Positions 50,496-64,000 of a stretch of 64,000 nucleotides of DNA are shown one piece after another (the first letter of the stretch is position 1; every line of letters starts with the position of its first letter). The notes below the pieces were generated by a model. The model did no database searches. It saw only the letters and a program-made list of their open reading frames with translations, and was not told where the DNA came from. Made by a program: the position numbers and the translations under genes. Source of the stretch: Octopus vulgaris (taxonomy: Eukaryota); assembly GCA_951406725.2 (NCBI GenBank), contig OX597830.1:43462001-43526000 (forward strand), given 5' to 3'.

Positions 50496-51681
50496 TTGGG
50501 TCATCCCATAAATTATGCGGATTTTTTCAATTGCATGAACTAAAATGAAAGCAGGTTGTAATTTTACTTTGTATTTATTCTTAGTGCAAGTTTTGAAGAA
50601 TGCAGTTTGATTTGAACAGGTATTTTTTCAAAGCTATAATGGAAGTGGCAACGAAGCATATTCGGCATATTTTGCTTTATGAGTTCAATAAAATCAACAA
50701 CACAACGGAAAGTGCAAGGAATATTAATGCAGTATATGGGGGTCAGACAATAAGCGTAAGCCAGGGTCAACGGTGGTTCCAGAAATGACAGCCTAGAAGA
50801 CGAGCCTTGTCCTGGAAGATCTGTAGAGCTCAACAAGGACGTCCTGCAGACCCTTGTGGAACAAAATCCCATTGTAACTGTTAAGGAACTAACAGAGAAG
50901 TTTGGATTTGGTCATTCAACCAGTCATCGACACTTCAGTGCCATTGGTAAAGTCGGCAAATTGGGTCAGTGGATTCCTCACAAACTTTCTGAGTCTAATT
51001 GTGTGCAGAGACTGAATGTGTGCTCTTCTTTGCTGTCACATATCACAAATGAACCTTTTTTTCGGACCGAATAGTGACTGGTGATGAGAAATGTGTTCTC
51101 TATAAAAATGTCAAGCACCAAAGACAGTGTGTAGGGAAAAGAGAAACACCAGCACCCCAGGCTAAAGAATGTCTTCACCCACGTAAGGTGTTGTCCTCTG
51201 CTTGGTGGGATATGAAAGGTTTAGTCCACTTTGAACTTTTAAACCCAAGCTAAATAATAACAAAGGAGATCTACTGCGAGCAGCTTAAGTAAGTGCTAGA
51301 AGAAAAATGACCATTTTTAGTTTCAAGATGAACAGTGTTCTTCCATCAGGATAATGCTTGGCCACATACAGTAAGGATGACATTTCAAAGGCTGGAGCAG
51401 TTTGAATGGGAAATGATGCCCCATCCACCATATTTGCCTGACATTGCCCCATCTGATTATCATTTATTCTACAGACTTCAAAATCATTTGGACGGTACTG
51501 GAGGAGCATTTTTCATCACAGATAAGTGAATTTTGGAAGAGAGGCCCTGCAAGTCTATCAGATAGATGGAAGAGCATTGTCAAAAATGAAGGAGAGTATA
51601 TTTTAGATTGAGAAAGAACTTTAGCTTAATTTTGAAAAATAAAAGTATTAAAAAAACTGCATTATTTATGGGATAACACAA
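50496..51681 (+). mobile_element. Near full-length decayed mariner transposon
   Basis: TA-flanked TIRs (TTGGGTCATCCCATAAATTATGCGG / CTGCATTATTTATGGGATAACACAA). Transposase from ATG 50639 with WIPHKL, VTGDEK, HQDNAWPH and PYLPDIAPSDYHLF; frameshifts and stops. Confidence 0.93.
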
Positions 51682-52453
51682 TATATGATGAGCTTCTTTC
51701 GGTTTCCATATTCAAATTCAACCACAAGGTTTGAAGGTGGGGGTGCTAAAGTAGAAGACAATTACTCAAGATGCCTTGCAGTGGGATTAAAGCTGAAGCC
51801 ATACGATTGGGAAGCAAATGTGTGAACCATTCGATCATTTAACATCTATATTCCATGCTTACATCGGTTGGATGGTTCAACAGTATCGAAAAAGCCAAGG
51901 GATTGCATTGAACTCCAATACCTGCTTTGGCATGTTTGCATGGCTGGATGTCCTCCCTAAGACCAACAGCTTAAAAGAGTGTGCTGGGTGTTTTTTTTAT
52001 TATTTATTTATTTGTATGCTGCACCAGCACCAGTGAGGTCACCTGATAACTTGCAAGACTTGACCCCTGTCAACAGATTAGGAATGCAGTATTGAGGGCG
52101 GTGGCTTTGTACCAAGCGTTTAGAGGCTAAAATACGATAGTAACAAGTGTGTTGCTGCCATGTTATTCAAATATTGTACTCGAAGTGGAAGTAAATAACT
52201 GCTATCACTCTTTTATAATAATGCTATCATATATATTTAATAGTTGATATTTTAAAAATCACTTAAATTTGAAGGGAGGATGGAATCGATTACATTGACC
52301 TCTGAAGGATGAAAGACAAAGTTGACTTTGATGGAATTTAAACTCATGAGTCTAAAGCAGGGAGTCAAGAGTACTGCCTGCCATCTTCATTTGAAGGGGT
52401 TTTTTTGTTGTTGTTTTTTCTGAAAATATGACATACTTTATTCTCTCTTTCAG

Positions 52454-52533
52454 ATTGTAGAAGGGAAAAGATTAATAGATCTCAGTTTGAAAGGGCTGCA
52501 GTATTATCAAACATATAACAGAATGTTATTGGG
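52454..52533 (+). CDS. PIGN: PIGN coding exon 14
   Basis: 80 nt; IVEGKRLIDLSLKGLQYYQTYNRMLL(G), matching the conserved L.GL.YY.TYDR motif. Confidence 0.94.
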
Positions 52534-54348
52534 GTAAGTTTTCTCTCTCTCTCTCTTTCCCTTCTCCCTTTCCCCACTCTGCCCCTTTCTGCCCCTCATA
52601 CCTAAATATGCATATATTACAGTGTGTGTGTATTCACCTAACCATAAAGTTACACAAGTAACCAGGAACAGGACCCAGCCTTGCCCAGGTTTATGAGGAT
52701 TTATTATTTTTCAAAAATTACTTTCAAAAGTACTCCTCATCTTCATTTTAGTCCAGATGTGTTGTCTCGGAATTGTTGCTGCCAAGCAATTCAGAAGAAG
52801 CTTCAATTTGAACTTCATAAAAATATACCCCCAAAAACCAAAATTACACAAATATTAGATCTACACAGAGCCAATAACATCAGAAAGCTGTGGCTTAAGT
52901 GCAAAACTGTGGTCTGTAGTTGAGAACCACATGCTTTCAGGTTCAGTCCCACTGCATGGCACCTTGGGCAAGTGTCTACTACTATAGCCATGGGCCAATC
53001 AAAGCCACATGAATGGATTTGCTAGACAGAATCTGAAAGAAACTCATCTACACACACACACACACACAGTGACCTGAATAATAATAGTAATAATAACATC
53101 GAAAAATACTTTAAGAATGAGAATCCAGGTTCGAAATTTCCCCAAGACTCCTGATGAAGACTGGACGGTATATCAGCTGAAACGTTGTGTTAACAACAAC
53201 AAAGATGAGGACAAATATCCATCAAATGTAAATAATTTTGTGATTTGTTTCCAATCTTCTGTGAAAGGAAAAAAGATCACAAATTGATTCATCTGGTAGA
53301 ATCTGTAAAGCAGCAACTTACCGAGTGAGAGATTACTAGTTCAAACCCCATCGTCTGGCTTCTTGAGGAGTTTTTCCATTATTTTTTTTTCCCTGTAAAT
53401 CAGTGTTTATAATGTTTCGAATAGTTTACATAACACATCAGTTCACCTCATTTTTGCCCTCTGATCTCAAATACATTTGATTGACCACTGTCCAATATGT
53501 AAGGAATATTGTCATCTCTCATTCACTTAACAAGTCTTTAGGCACCTCTTCCATTGGCTCCTACAAGAAGCAACTATCATTACACTTTCTGGCTAGAATC
53601 CCAGGCATGACCAACTGTCATCATCATCATCACCGTTGTTTAACATCTGCTTTCCATGCTGGCATGGGTTGGACGGTTTGACTGAGGACTGACAAGCCAG
53701 AAGGCTGTACCAGGCTCGGATCTGATCTGGCAAGGTTTCTACAGTTGGATGCCATTCCTAATGCCAACCACTCCAAAAGTTTAGTGGGTGCTTTTTATAT
53801 GCCACTGCCGGTTATGCTGCACTGACATAGGCCATGGTTACAATCTCACTACAGTGACTATCTTGTTTTTAGTCCTACCCCTAGGTCACATGCTGGTTGG
53901 CTTGAAGAATCCATCTGGCAATTCTTTCCTCTGACATTCTCACCACATCTCCATAATCCCAGAGCTGTGACCTCTCACTTTGTTTTTCATTTCTTTTATC
54001 ATTTCATAATTTTCATTTCATCATCATCATCATGTTTTGTAACGTCCGCTTTCCATGCTGGCAGGGGTTGGATGGTCTAACTTGAAAACTGGTAAACGGA
54101 GGTGGGGGGGGTGCACCACATTCGGACCTGATTTGGCAAGGTTTTTATGGCTGGATGTCCTTCCTAACGCCAACCACTCTGGGAGTGTAGTGGATGTTTT
54201 TTACATGCCACTGGCACAGGCGCTATTGACCTGACACCAGCATCGGCCTCCCTTTTATGATTTTACTATTTTATGCCACAAGACAACAAAATCTATTCTT
54301 GTATTTGAACCGTTTCGTTAACAGCTTGTTACAACTTTTCTATTTCAG

Positions 54349-54536
54349 TACGAGTGTGTTTTTCAGTTTTGTTGGCTGGATGTTTTTTGTCATCTGCCTT
54401 TTGTTACAAAAGCATTCTGGTTTGATGACGACAAGTTTCCAAATGCATATTATGAACTTGCGTTGGTGGCCAACGAAGAATTTCATCGACATTAGTATTC
54501 TTGTAATCATGTGTGTTATTATTGGTTTCCTCTTTG
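54349..54536 (+). CDS. PIGN: PIGN coding exon 15
   Basis: 188 nt; TSVFFSFVGWMFFVICLLLQKH...ILVIMCVIIGFLF; transmembrane segments with the conserved FVGW; donor GTAAGT. Confidence 0.88.
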
Positions 54537-55680
54537 GTAAGTTAGCTTTTGTTTTTTTTCTCTTCTGTTATTTTTGTATCTGTTGTGGAGGACAAAACGC
54601 CAAATGCTTCCATTAAATACTGGTTTCAAAATTTTTTGCACTGGGCCAGCAATTTTGGGGTAGGGGTAAGTCGATTACATCAACCCCAGCACTCAACTGG
54701 TACTTATTCTATCAACCGGTGTTGGTGTGTTTACATCTCTGTAACTTAGCAGTTTGGCAAAACAGACCAATAGAATAAGTACTCTGGTAGATTCATTCAA
54801 CTAAAAATTCTCCAAGGTGATGTCCCAGCATGGCCACAGTCTATTGACTGAAACCAGTAAAACATTAAAAGATATAAGTGGTTCTTAAAACAGATTCTGA
54901 AAAATTCTTTGCTCCCCCAAGACAAGAGGGCTTTTAATATATTTTATTAAAACATCTTCACCATTTCAAAGTAATGTTATAGTATGTTCTCCTTGTTATT
55001 CTATATGGATAAATTCTTTCTCCAATGATTCTTCACTTAAGCATAACGTTGCACACTTTGGGATGAGGAGATCAATTCTATCCATTGTTATTCTTGGCTG
55101 ATACTTCTTTTACCAATTCCAGGAGATTGAAAAGCAAAGTGAACCTCAATAAGAATCAATCTCAGACTATAAAAGTATGACAAAATATGCTCTGTTGTTT
55201 CTACCAATCCACTGCCATTATTACTATATTATTATTATTATTATTATTAAGGCAGCTAGCTGACAGAAACATTAGCACGCCAAGTAAAATTCTTAGCGAT
55301 GTTTTGTCTGTCTTTACTTTTGAGTTCAAATTCCGCCAAGGTCAACTTTGCCTTTCATCCTTTTGGGATAAATCTAATCAACTGGCCCCCTCCCCAAAAA
55401 TGTTGGGCCTTGTATCTAGAATAGAAAAGATTATTATTATTATTATGGCTGTGAGCTGGCTGAACCATTAGCATGCTGTACAAAATGCTTAGTGGCATTT
55501 CATCCTTCTTTTTATGTTCTAAGCTCAAATTCTGCCATGGTTGACTTTGTTTTTCATCCTTTCAGGGTTAATGAATTAAGTACCAGTTGCACACTAGGGT
55601 CGATGTAATTGACTAGTCCCCCAACAAACAAAAAATTTCAGGCCTTGTACGTAGAGTAGAAAGCATTATTATTATTATTA

Positions 55681-55882
55681 CAGTAATACCTTGATTATTG
55701 CAGGTGTTACTTTCCAACCCCGCCCACCACGATAGGTTAAAATTCACAAAATAGAAACAGTACTGTATATTTTTTATTATTACTTTTATAATTTCTATAT
55801 AGTTATTTTATTATAAATGCAAAACAACACCACGAATTGACGTAAGCTTAAATAATAACCGCAATTTGGCGAGAGATTACTG
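55681..55882. mobile_element. Tigger/pogo-like MITE
   Basis: TA|CAGTAATACCTTG ... CGAGAGATTACTG|TA. Confidence 0.6.
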
Positions 55883-56164
55883 TATTACATTGTGGTGAGA
55901 ATGCCATTTGACCAAAATAGATATTCTCTTCCCAGTGGATGTCATGATGACTAATAGATTATTTCCAATGCAGCCTATAACCAGATCCAGAGTTCAGATC
56001 CAATGGCTCTGTAGCTTGAGGTGATTATTGTCTTTAACCTAAGTTTGAACTTGATTGATCTAATACTTATGTATTGATTTCTAAATAAAGAGTTTTTGCC
56101 TAGGAACAGATGAAAATTATGTGTGAGCTCCCAAGTCAACCTAATACTTTAACCATGCCAAGTC

Positions 56165-56556
56165 CACCTAACTGATTCCTGTGCCAGTGGCACATAAAAA
56201 GCACCATCCAAACATGGCTAATGCCAGTACCACGGACTGGCTCTCATGCTGGTGGCACGTAAAAAGCACCAACTGAATATGGCCGATGCCAGTACCCCTT
56301 GACCAGCCCCTGTGTTGGTGGCACATAAAAAGCACTATCTAAATGTGATCAATGCCAGGCCCACCTGACTGGCTCCTGTGCTGGTGGCATGTAAAAAGTA
56401 CCCACTCTCGGAGTGGTTAGCGTTAGGAAGGGCAACCAGCTATAGAAACCTTGCCAGATCAGATTGGAGCCTGTTGCAGCCACTGGTTCTCCAGACCTCA
56501 GTCAGACCATCCCACCCATGCCAGCATGGAAAACAAACATTAAACGATGATGATGA
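56165..56556 (+). repeat. Repeat family C with (GAT)n tail and internal tandem subunits
   Basis: ..GGTTGGCGTTAGGAAGGGCATCCAGC..CCAACCCATGCCAGCATGGAAA..CGTTAAACGATGATGATG, preceded by 4 subunits GTGC(C/T)RGTGGCACRTAAAAAGCAC. Copies near 7795, 13660, 14062, 18460, 19700, 24700, 25720, 37950, 42570, 53620, 58300. Confidence 0.8.
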
Positions 56557-57065
56557 CTTGGCTATGTTGCCCCTAAATCTAATGCTAGAGTACCATCATC
56601 ATCAAACATCTGTCATCTGTATGGGTTGAACAGTTTGATAGGAGCTTGCCAGCCAGAGAGTTACGCCAGGCTCCAGGTACCTGTTTTGGCATGGTTTTTA
56701 CAACAGGATACCCTTCCTAACACCAACCAATTTACAGAGTATACCAAGTACTAGCACAGGTGCTTTTAATATGGCACCAGTGCAGGTGCTTCTTGTGTGG
56801 TGCCAGCACAGGTTCTCTTTATGTGATACCTGCCCGAGTGCTTTTTATTACAAGATAATACTTTCTCATGGACAGATTTATTTAATTCTATCTTATTGAA
56901 GATAGAACCAGGATTTGTTTCTAACTTGGAACTACTTCATTCATGTCTCTAACACAATTACCAAAGGCATGCATGTCATTACATCACGCACACTAATAAT
57001 ACAAATGTGAAATGAAAAAAAAAACAATGGAGAAATAACAATGGTTTGTTCTGTTTTCTTTCCAG

Positions 57066-57138
57066 TGACATCATCACCTCTCATGTATTACATGTACTTG
57101 CTTTTACCAGTTCTAATGTGGAGAAGTGTTATTCACAG
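57066..57138 (+). CDS. PIGN: PIGN coding exon 16
   Basis: 73 nt; (V)TSSPLMYYMYLLLPVLMWRSVIH(R), with the P..YY.Y..LP...W motif. Confidence 0.92.
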
Positions 57139-57989
57139 GTAAGTGTTTTTTGCATCATTATTGTGATTGGATGCAGGTGTTCAAACACCTTCACCTAATC
57201 ATTTCATTCCAAGTTATACAAGGCGTGGCTGTGTGATAAGAAGTTTACATCCCAACCACATGATTCCAGGTTCAGTCCCACTGCATGGTACCTTGGGCAA
57301 GTGTCTTCTATTATAGCCTTGGGCCAACCAAAGCCTTGTGAGAGGATTTGGTAGATGAAAACTGAAAGAAGCCCATGTGTTTGTTTGTCCCCCACCGCCA
57401 CCTGACGGCCAGTGTTGGTATGTTTACATCCCTGTAAATTAGCAGTTTGGCAGAAGGAACTGATACAATAAATTCCAAGCTTAAAAAACTTAATAAGTAC
57501 TTGGATTGATTCATTTGTCTAAACATTCTTCAAGACTGTTGCCCAGCAGTCTAATAACTTAAGCAAGTAAAAGATAAAAGATACTGCTTAGTATATTGTA
57601 GTATCCAATTGATGAAAATATTCAATAGAACTGAAAGCACTAAGTATTTGTGAGTGTGTGTGTGTGTGTTCTTAAGGTTTGTTAATCTAAACCCATTGTT
57701 TGTTTCTTGTCTTTTTCTTTAACATCCACGATTTTCCCCATCAGTAATTTAATGCTTTCTTCCCATCAAAAACGGGGCCAATTTTCACAGGGAATGAGTA
57801 CAGCTGAGAAAATCAGCTGCAGTATATTATTGGTGCTTCAATTTTCTAAACCTAGGAGATAAAAACTGAATATGACTCCCAAGGTGGGATTTGAACTCAG
57901 GACTAGAGTCACTCAGTGTCCTTACATTTCTAGCAAGCTACCCAGAACCTCTCTTTACACATGATTCATATTGCTCTTTATTTTTCCAG

Positions 57990-58092
57990 GAAAGATATTG
58001 TATTTGCTGCTGTCAAGGCTGCTTATGAAAATCATATTCTCCACTCAGTTGGACTGGAATTGATTGTTACTTTTATAGGGTTGGAGATTTTG
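57990..58092 (+). CDS. PIGN: PIGN coding exon 17
   Basis: 103 nt; KDIVFAAVKAAYENHILHSVGLELIVTFIGLEIL; donor GTAAG. Confidence 0.88.
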
Positions 58093-59362
58093 GTAAGAAT
58101 TTGATACCTTTGGTTTTTTTTTATTATATCTTGTTTTCATTCATTAGATTGCAGCCCATGCTGGGGCATCACCTTGAAGGATTTTTTAGTTGAATGAATC
58201 GACTCCTGTACTTATTTTTTAAAGTTTTGTACTTACTCTACCAATCTCTTTTGCCAAACTGCTAAGTAGAGGAACATAAGCATGCCAACATCAGTGGTCG
58301 AGCTCCTTTTGAGTGTTTGGCCTCGTGGAGGCAATGACCGAGTTGTTTGGCATTATGTTGTGCTTGAGAAGACCCTTCAAGCCAACTAAAATTGCACTAA
58401 TGGCAGATACCAGTGTCACACAAATGGCATCTGTGCCATTGGCACATAAAAGCGCCTATTTCATTCTCAGAGTGGTTGGCATTAGGAAGGGCATCCAACC
58501 ACAGAAACTATGCCAAATCAGACTGGAGTCTGGTACAGCCTTCCAGCTTGTCAGCCCTGGTCAAACCATCCAACCCATGACAGCATGGACAATGGACATT
58601 AAATGATGATATATACATCCTTCTTTCAGTTTCTGTCTACCAAATCCATTGACAAAGCTTTGACCATCCTGGGGCTATAGTGGAAGGCACTTGCCCAAGG
58701 TGTCACAGTGGGACTGAACTCAGAACCATGTGGTTGTGAAGCAACTTTACTTCTTTTAAAGACTGCAATATTTTCTGACTTGTACCAAAGACTATTTTTA
58801 GCAGAGAAGAATATAAGAAACCTTTGATGTATCATTTAAAGTGTTTGCTGTTGAACACCAGGTTAATAGATCTATGAGCCAAAGCATTCCAGCCTTGGCC
58901 CTTCCATCTGTCTCCATACATTGTATTTAACACTACAATTCCTCAAAGCATTCCATACTTTTATCCTTTAGCACACTGTAAGTGCATCGTGTCACTGTAT
59001 GAATTTTCTCCCCAGTAGTAACAGGGTAGTGACAGGAAAATGCAGTGTGCTAAAGGTTAATATATAGTGAGGTATGGTTTTTAGGAGATTTGGCTGCATT
59101 ACATCCGTGATCATCCTGTCCTTGTGCTTTGTGCACCTAGGACTATATCATCCAATGTGTTTCTCCCTTTTTATGACTGTAATCTTGTAATTTATGAAGA
59201 TTTGACTGCTATTTCTAACTGTTCAAGCAACCACATACAGGCTCTCTTATTGACTTGGGGCTCAACTGGTTTAATGTATTGATAAGATAAACATGATATT
59301 TCCACTACATCATAACAAATCATTGATTAATTATTGGTACTGTCCTTGTTTATATTTCACAG

Positions 59363-59455
59363 GTCTACAGCTTCTTTGAGAGGAAAGCAATCGCTATTGG
59401 TCTCATCTTGATGGCACTGTGGGCACCACTTTCCTTTAACTGGCATTACAATAAG
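59363..59455 (+). CDS. PIGN: PIGN coding exon 18
   Basis: 93 nt; VYSFFERKAIAIGLILMALWAPLSFNWHYNK. Confidence 0.9.
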
Positions 59456-60907
59456 GTCAGCTACATTCACTACAGAATAACTTTAGTTTTTTTGTTTTGT
59501 TTTTTTTGGGGGTGTGGGGGGGGGGGGTCAACTGTTGTTGTTGTTTCAAAAACCAAAGAAAACCTTTTCCATTCCATGTTTCTGTGAGAAGCAAAACAAT
59601 GAATTAAATGAATATGCAGAGTGTCCATATGTTACTTTTACAATTTGAAAAACTTGGTGGGTAAAAATGGAAAACTCAGCAGAGTTTCTGTATTTGGTTT
59701 GTGAGATTTGGGATGTGAATTTGTGTGTTGAAACAAAGTTGTTGTTTTGGGAGGGTCATGACACCAATAATAATAAACACACACACTGGTTCAGCACCTC
59801 TTCTTTGTTAGTCAATTTGTTAAATATCTAACCAATTAATTAATCATTTGTTTAATGAGTTGGCTACAGAGTTTATTGGAAAACTTTGGCAAAGTTTTAT
59901 TAGAAACTTCCAAACACTTCCACTTGGGCTCCATTGGTTGCACCAACCTGCTGAGTTATTCTCGTTTTCTTGTTTCTCTGAATTTTTCAAGTTGTAATGG
60001 TAATTTACGGCTGCCTTGTGTGTAGGTGCAGGCACAGCTGTGTGCTGGTTAACGAGCTCATTTTGCAAGCACACAGTTTCAGATGCATGGCATCTAAGGC
60101 AAGTCTCTTCTGCTCAAGCTCCAGGCTGGCCAAAGCTTTGTCAGTGGATTTCCTTGACAGAAACTATGTGGAATCCCATGTGTGTATGTGTTTGTTTGCC
60201 ATGGCATTATAGGATGGCTGCAAGTGAGCATCACTGTCATACAAGTGACCGTCTTTTATTCTTTTCCTTGTTCCAGTTGTTGTCCCTTGAGGAAATTTTT
60301 GTCAAACAAATCGAACCCATTACTTATTTTATTGGTCTCTTTTGCCAAACTATCAAGTTACAGGGCTGCAAACAAACCAACACCAGTAGTGAGAGATAGA
60401 CACACACACATACATACATACACACACACACATACAGCAGGCTTCTTTCAGTTTTTGTGTGCTAAATCCACTCAAGACTTTGGTTGGCCTGAGGCTATAG
60501 TTGAAGACATTTGCCCAAGATACCATGTAATAGGATTGAACCTAGAACTATGTGGTTAGGAAACAAACTTCTTACCGCACAGCCATATGTGTGTGTGTGT
60601 GTGTGTATGCATGCATGTATATATGTATGCATGCATGCATCCTTTGTTTTCCATTTTTTCTCAAACTTTTTCAAATTGTAAAAGTAGCATGGACATATTC
60701 ATTTAGTTCACTGTTTTTCTTCTTCCAGAAACATGGAATGGAAAAGGTTTATACAGCCATGTATGTCTATATGTATATGTATTGAATTATAAGGTATATA
60801 TGTATGCTATTAAGGTTCTCATTTTGTTAAATGAATAAATAATTCAACATTCTAATATCCGGAAACTGATGAACCAATTAAATTGTTTCTCCATTTTCTT
60901 ATTTGTA

Positions 60908-60908
<1 letters not shown>

Positions 60909-60968
<60 letters not shown>
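60909..60968. repeat. (TA)n microsatellite
   Basis: About 30 uninterrupted TA units. Confidence 0.95.
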
Positions 60969-60976
<8 letters not shown>

Positions 60977-61464
60977 TATACGCATTGTCATCGTTGTCAA
61001 CTTGTATCCGAGTAATAGATCTGTTGCCAGTGCTTGGGCCTCTTGATGGCTATGAGGAGTGCCAGTGGCTGTTTTTATGTCAAGTTGTATATATGTATAT
61101 TATCAATTTAACATGAAACTGAAAGAATACTGAATGTCTTCATCAGTCAAGGATCCTTCAGCTGAGACAGATGAGGGGCAGTGATATTGAGGGAGATGGC
61201 TTTGTGCCAGGTGGTGAGAGGTTCAAGTATGAATAGAGATATAAACAATTGGAGAAAAGAGAAGCGAAATGTTGTATTCTTTTACTTGTTTCAGTCATTT
61301 GACTGTGGCCATGCTGGAGTACCACCTTTAGTCAAACAAACCGGCCCCAGTGCTTATTCTTTGTAAGCCTAGTACTTATTCTATTGGTCTCTGTTGCCGA
61401 ACTGCTAAGTTACGGGGACGTAAACACACCAACATTGGTTTCAAGCAATAGTGGGGGAACAAAT

Positions 61465-61497
<33 letters not shown>

Positions 61498-61745
61498 CGA
61501 CAGGCTTCTTTAAGTTTCCATCTACAAGGCTTTGGTCAACCCGAGGCTATAGTGGAAGACACTTGCCCAAGGTACCATGCAATACTTCCAAAATAAGGAA
61601 ATAATTTGTAAAACAGATTGGGACCTGGTGTGGCCTCCTGCCTTGCCAGTCCCCAGTCAAACCTTCGAACCCATGCCAGCATGGAAAACAGACGTTAAAC
61701 GGTGATGATGATAAGAAATATGTCACATTTTAAAATTTTTTGCAG

Positions 61746-61837
61746 CTTCCAATTTTAGGCTGGGTTATTTCCTGCCTAGCGCTTGCCGTTTTCCCTCTCC
61801 TGCCAACAGTAAACAAAGATAGAAATTACAAATTAGT
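61746..61837 (+). CDS. PIGN: PIGN coding exon 19
   Basis: 92 nt; LPILGWVISCLALAVFPLLPTVNKDRNYKL(V), with the W...C..LAVFPL.P.V motif. Confidence 0.92.
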
Positions 61838-63002
61838 GTAAGTATCACATATTCTATTACCAAACTCTATTTTGTCCATTATTGATGATTGCATCCGGTT
61901 GTATGTCTTGATGAAAACTGTTAATAACTATAATTGCTACTAATGAGCCCCCAAAACCTATTAAAGCCCAGCTGATTTACTCTTGTTTGATGGCCTGATG
62001 TATGTAATAGACATAACTATATATTTATGTGTGTGTGATGTGTTGGTCGAACTTATTTGGTTGTTGTTTCTAATGGCTGTATAAGCTGGTTCAGGTGATA
62101 TCACATGCAGGAAAACAATGGAGGAGGAGAAGGAGAAAATCCTTCGTATGAAGAATGGAATGAAAACAGCCCACCCCTATGGGATCCATTTAGGATTCAA
62201 CTTAAAATCCCAACAACATTACTGAGGGACATGGCTGTGTGGTTAAGAAGCTTGCTTCCCAGCCACGATTCTGGGTTCAGTCTCACTGTGTGGCACCTTG
62301 GGCAAGTGTATTCTACTATATATAGCCTTGGACCAAACAAAGCCTTGCCTGTAGATTTGCAAGAAGGAAACTGAAAGAAGCCCATCATGTATTGCGTATA
62401 TGTATATATGTGTATGTGTGTTTGTACCCTTGTCTAGATATCATGTGATAGTTGTAAATGAGTATTATTGTCATCTTCATAGAAGTGAGGTTGTTCCTTT
62501 CTAGTCTTCTGTGAGAAATATGTCAGTCCATAGGGAAATATTTCCTTGCTTGGAAACAGGTGAAGGTTGGTGACAGGAAGGGCATCCAGCCATAGAAAAA
62601 TCTTCACCAACAAATTCCATCTGCACCATGGCAGCATGGAAGAACAGATGTTAACACAGTGGAGAGAACGATGGCAAGATGCTGAATTTCATTAGAAATA
62701 CAATGATTAAGGGACTAAACCATTCCCTCTACAGACTTTGTCTCACCTTCACTAAGTGAGCTTGGAGATTTTTATGAATCTTGCTAGAATTTGTTAAATT
62801 TCTTGACATCAAATCAACAATTTTCTAAACCATTGTTATATGTTCGTGTAGATGTGTGGGTGTAGGTATATATGAATTAGCATGATTAGAAGAACTATTT
62901 TGTTATGTGCATTTAGTAGACAGTATGAACTGTGAATAAAGCAAATGCACCATGATATTCCAGACATTACTGTTTGCATTGTCTTCAATTTGAATATTTC
63001 AG

Positions 63003-63053
63003 GGTAGCAGCTGGAGTTATAGCTATTTTCTTGGGGTCATACAGTCTACATAA
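63003..63053 (+). CDS. PIGN: PIGN coding exon 20 (gene continues beyond right edge)
   Basis: 51 nt; VAAGVIAIFLGSYSLH; acceptor tttcag, donor GTAAGT; phase fits exon 19. Confidence 0.78.
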   Translation, partial: GSSWSYSYFLGVIQST

Positions 63054-64000
63054 GTAAGTCTGTTTTCTGTTTTTGTGTTTTGGTGTTTTGGGGACATAGC
63101 TGGCTGAGTAAACAGTGTACCAAATGGCAAACCAACAAGGGAAGTCTCTGTGTGGTCACTTGAACTGTTAGGAATAGTTACCATGAGTATAGCTTGTAGA
63201 TAAGGGATGGGCTTTGTCAAGCTCACACAGTCCAAATATACTGATTGAAATACTAAATCTTCAGTACTGCTCCTCAGTTTGCTAGAAACAACTACTACAT
63301 ACCATTTACTTATTAAAATTGTGATGGATGTGTTTAATTTAAATTTACTTTAATTTTAACAAAGAATATTTTTTCAAGTTAAACTCAAACACCAAAAACA
63401 TTAGTTATTTCATGAAATACATTGAAATTCTTAATTATTTTCAATACACAGGTGGTGTATTTCATGAGAAATATGTTAATGAAAGAGTTAAACTGTTCCA
63501 TGCTTTACAAAAGAAGGTCATTGAGGATAATGTAGCCCTGAATGTAGTGTCCGGAATCAAAAAACTGGATGGTCATAGTTGGATTGCTTTGGTCATAGAT
63601 CTACGCCATCATTATTGACAAAGAGCTAAAAAACACTGGTTTCAAATTTTGACAGAAGGCCAGCAATTTTCGAGGTGGGGGGAGTCAGTTACATCAATCC
63701 CTATATTTAATGACTGGTTCGTTATTTCAACAACAATGAAAGGAGTTAAAGGCAACCTCATTAGAATTTCAACTCAGAATGGAAAACCAGAAGAAATCTT
63801 GCTAAGCATTTTCTCTGGCATGCTAACAGTTCTGCCAGATTACCATCTTCAAGGAACTAAATAACAACAAAATGATCATTGTACCAATGATGGTGTTTCT
63901 ACATGGTTACTTGATCTGCTAAAAATAGTAGCTCAAATAACACATTACTGCCTTTAAAATAAAGAAGTAAACATTAAATAGTGTTGTCTTTGATATATTA

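Noticed and set aside
50496-51681. Active or domesticated mariner transposase
   Set aside because: Several frameshifts, stops and deletions, and diverged TIRs.
56175-56400. Repeat-spacer pattern resembling a CRISPR array
   Set aside because: Eukaryotic intron; the spacers are similar to each other, there are no cas genes, and the units belong to a dispersed repeat.
62105-62220. Coding-looking stretch MQENNGGGEGENPSYEEW..
   Set aside because: No PIGN similarity or clear donor; exons 19 and 20 join in phase without it, and the ORF runs into a SINE.
236-63864. Most ORFs in the six-frame track (e.g. HTHTH, YIYIY, LLLLL, 'CWHGLDGLT' peptides)
   Set aside because: They are translations of microsatellites and SINE families, with no splice-consistent or homology support.

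Overview
AT-rich, intron- and repeat-rich animal genomic DNA. The SINE families resemble those I recall from coleoid cephalopods (Octopus); this taxon call is an inference. Most ORFs in the supplied track are spurious readings of repeats. Two spliced genes lie head-to-head around a CpG-retaining region at about 16.3-16.9 kb. (1) CYBA/p22phox (NADPH oxidase light chain), minus strand: four coding exons (16332-16275, 8617-8548, 4774-4700, 1576-1493; 287 nt), continuing off the left edge; its intron 2 has U12 (minor spliceosome) signals. (2) PIGN/MCD4 (GPI ethanolamine-phosphate transferase 1), plus strand: 20 phase-compatible coding exons from ATG 18971 to 63053 (1937 nt), including a 22-nt microexon, continuing off the right edge. 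The introns hold tRNA-derived SINEs, R4/Dong, RTE, Tx1/L1 and Penelope fragments, mariner, hAT, piggyBac-like, Tigger-like and Helitron elements. The most unusual signal is a set of four sequence families with minimal type I hammerhead-ribozyme-like motifs. These include a ~352-nt tandem retrozyme-like repeat in PIGN intron 10 and a tRNA-headed, hammerhead-tailed SINE-like element. A 5'-truncated tRNA-Phe fused to a SINE tail and a possible ORF1-only Tx1/L1-like element inserted in a SINE head are also present.
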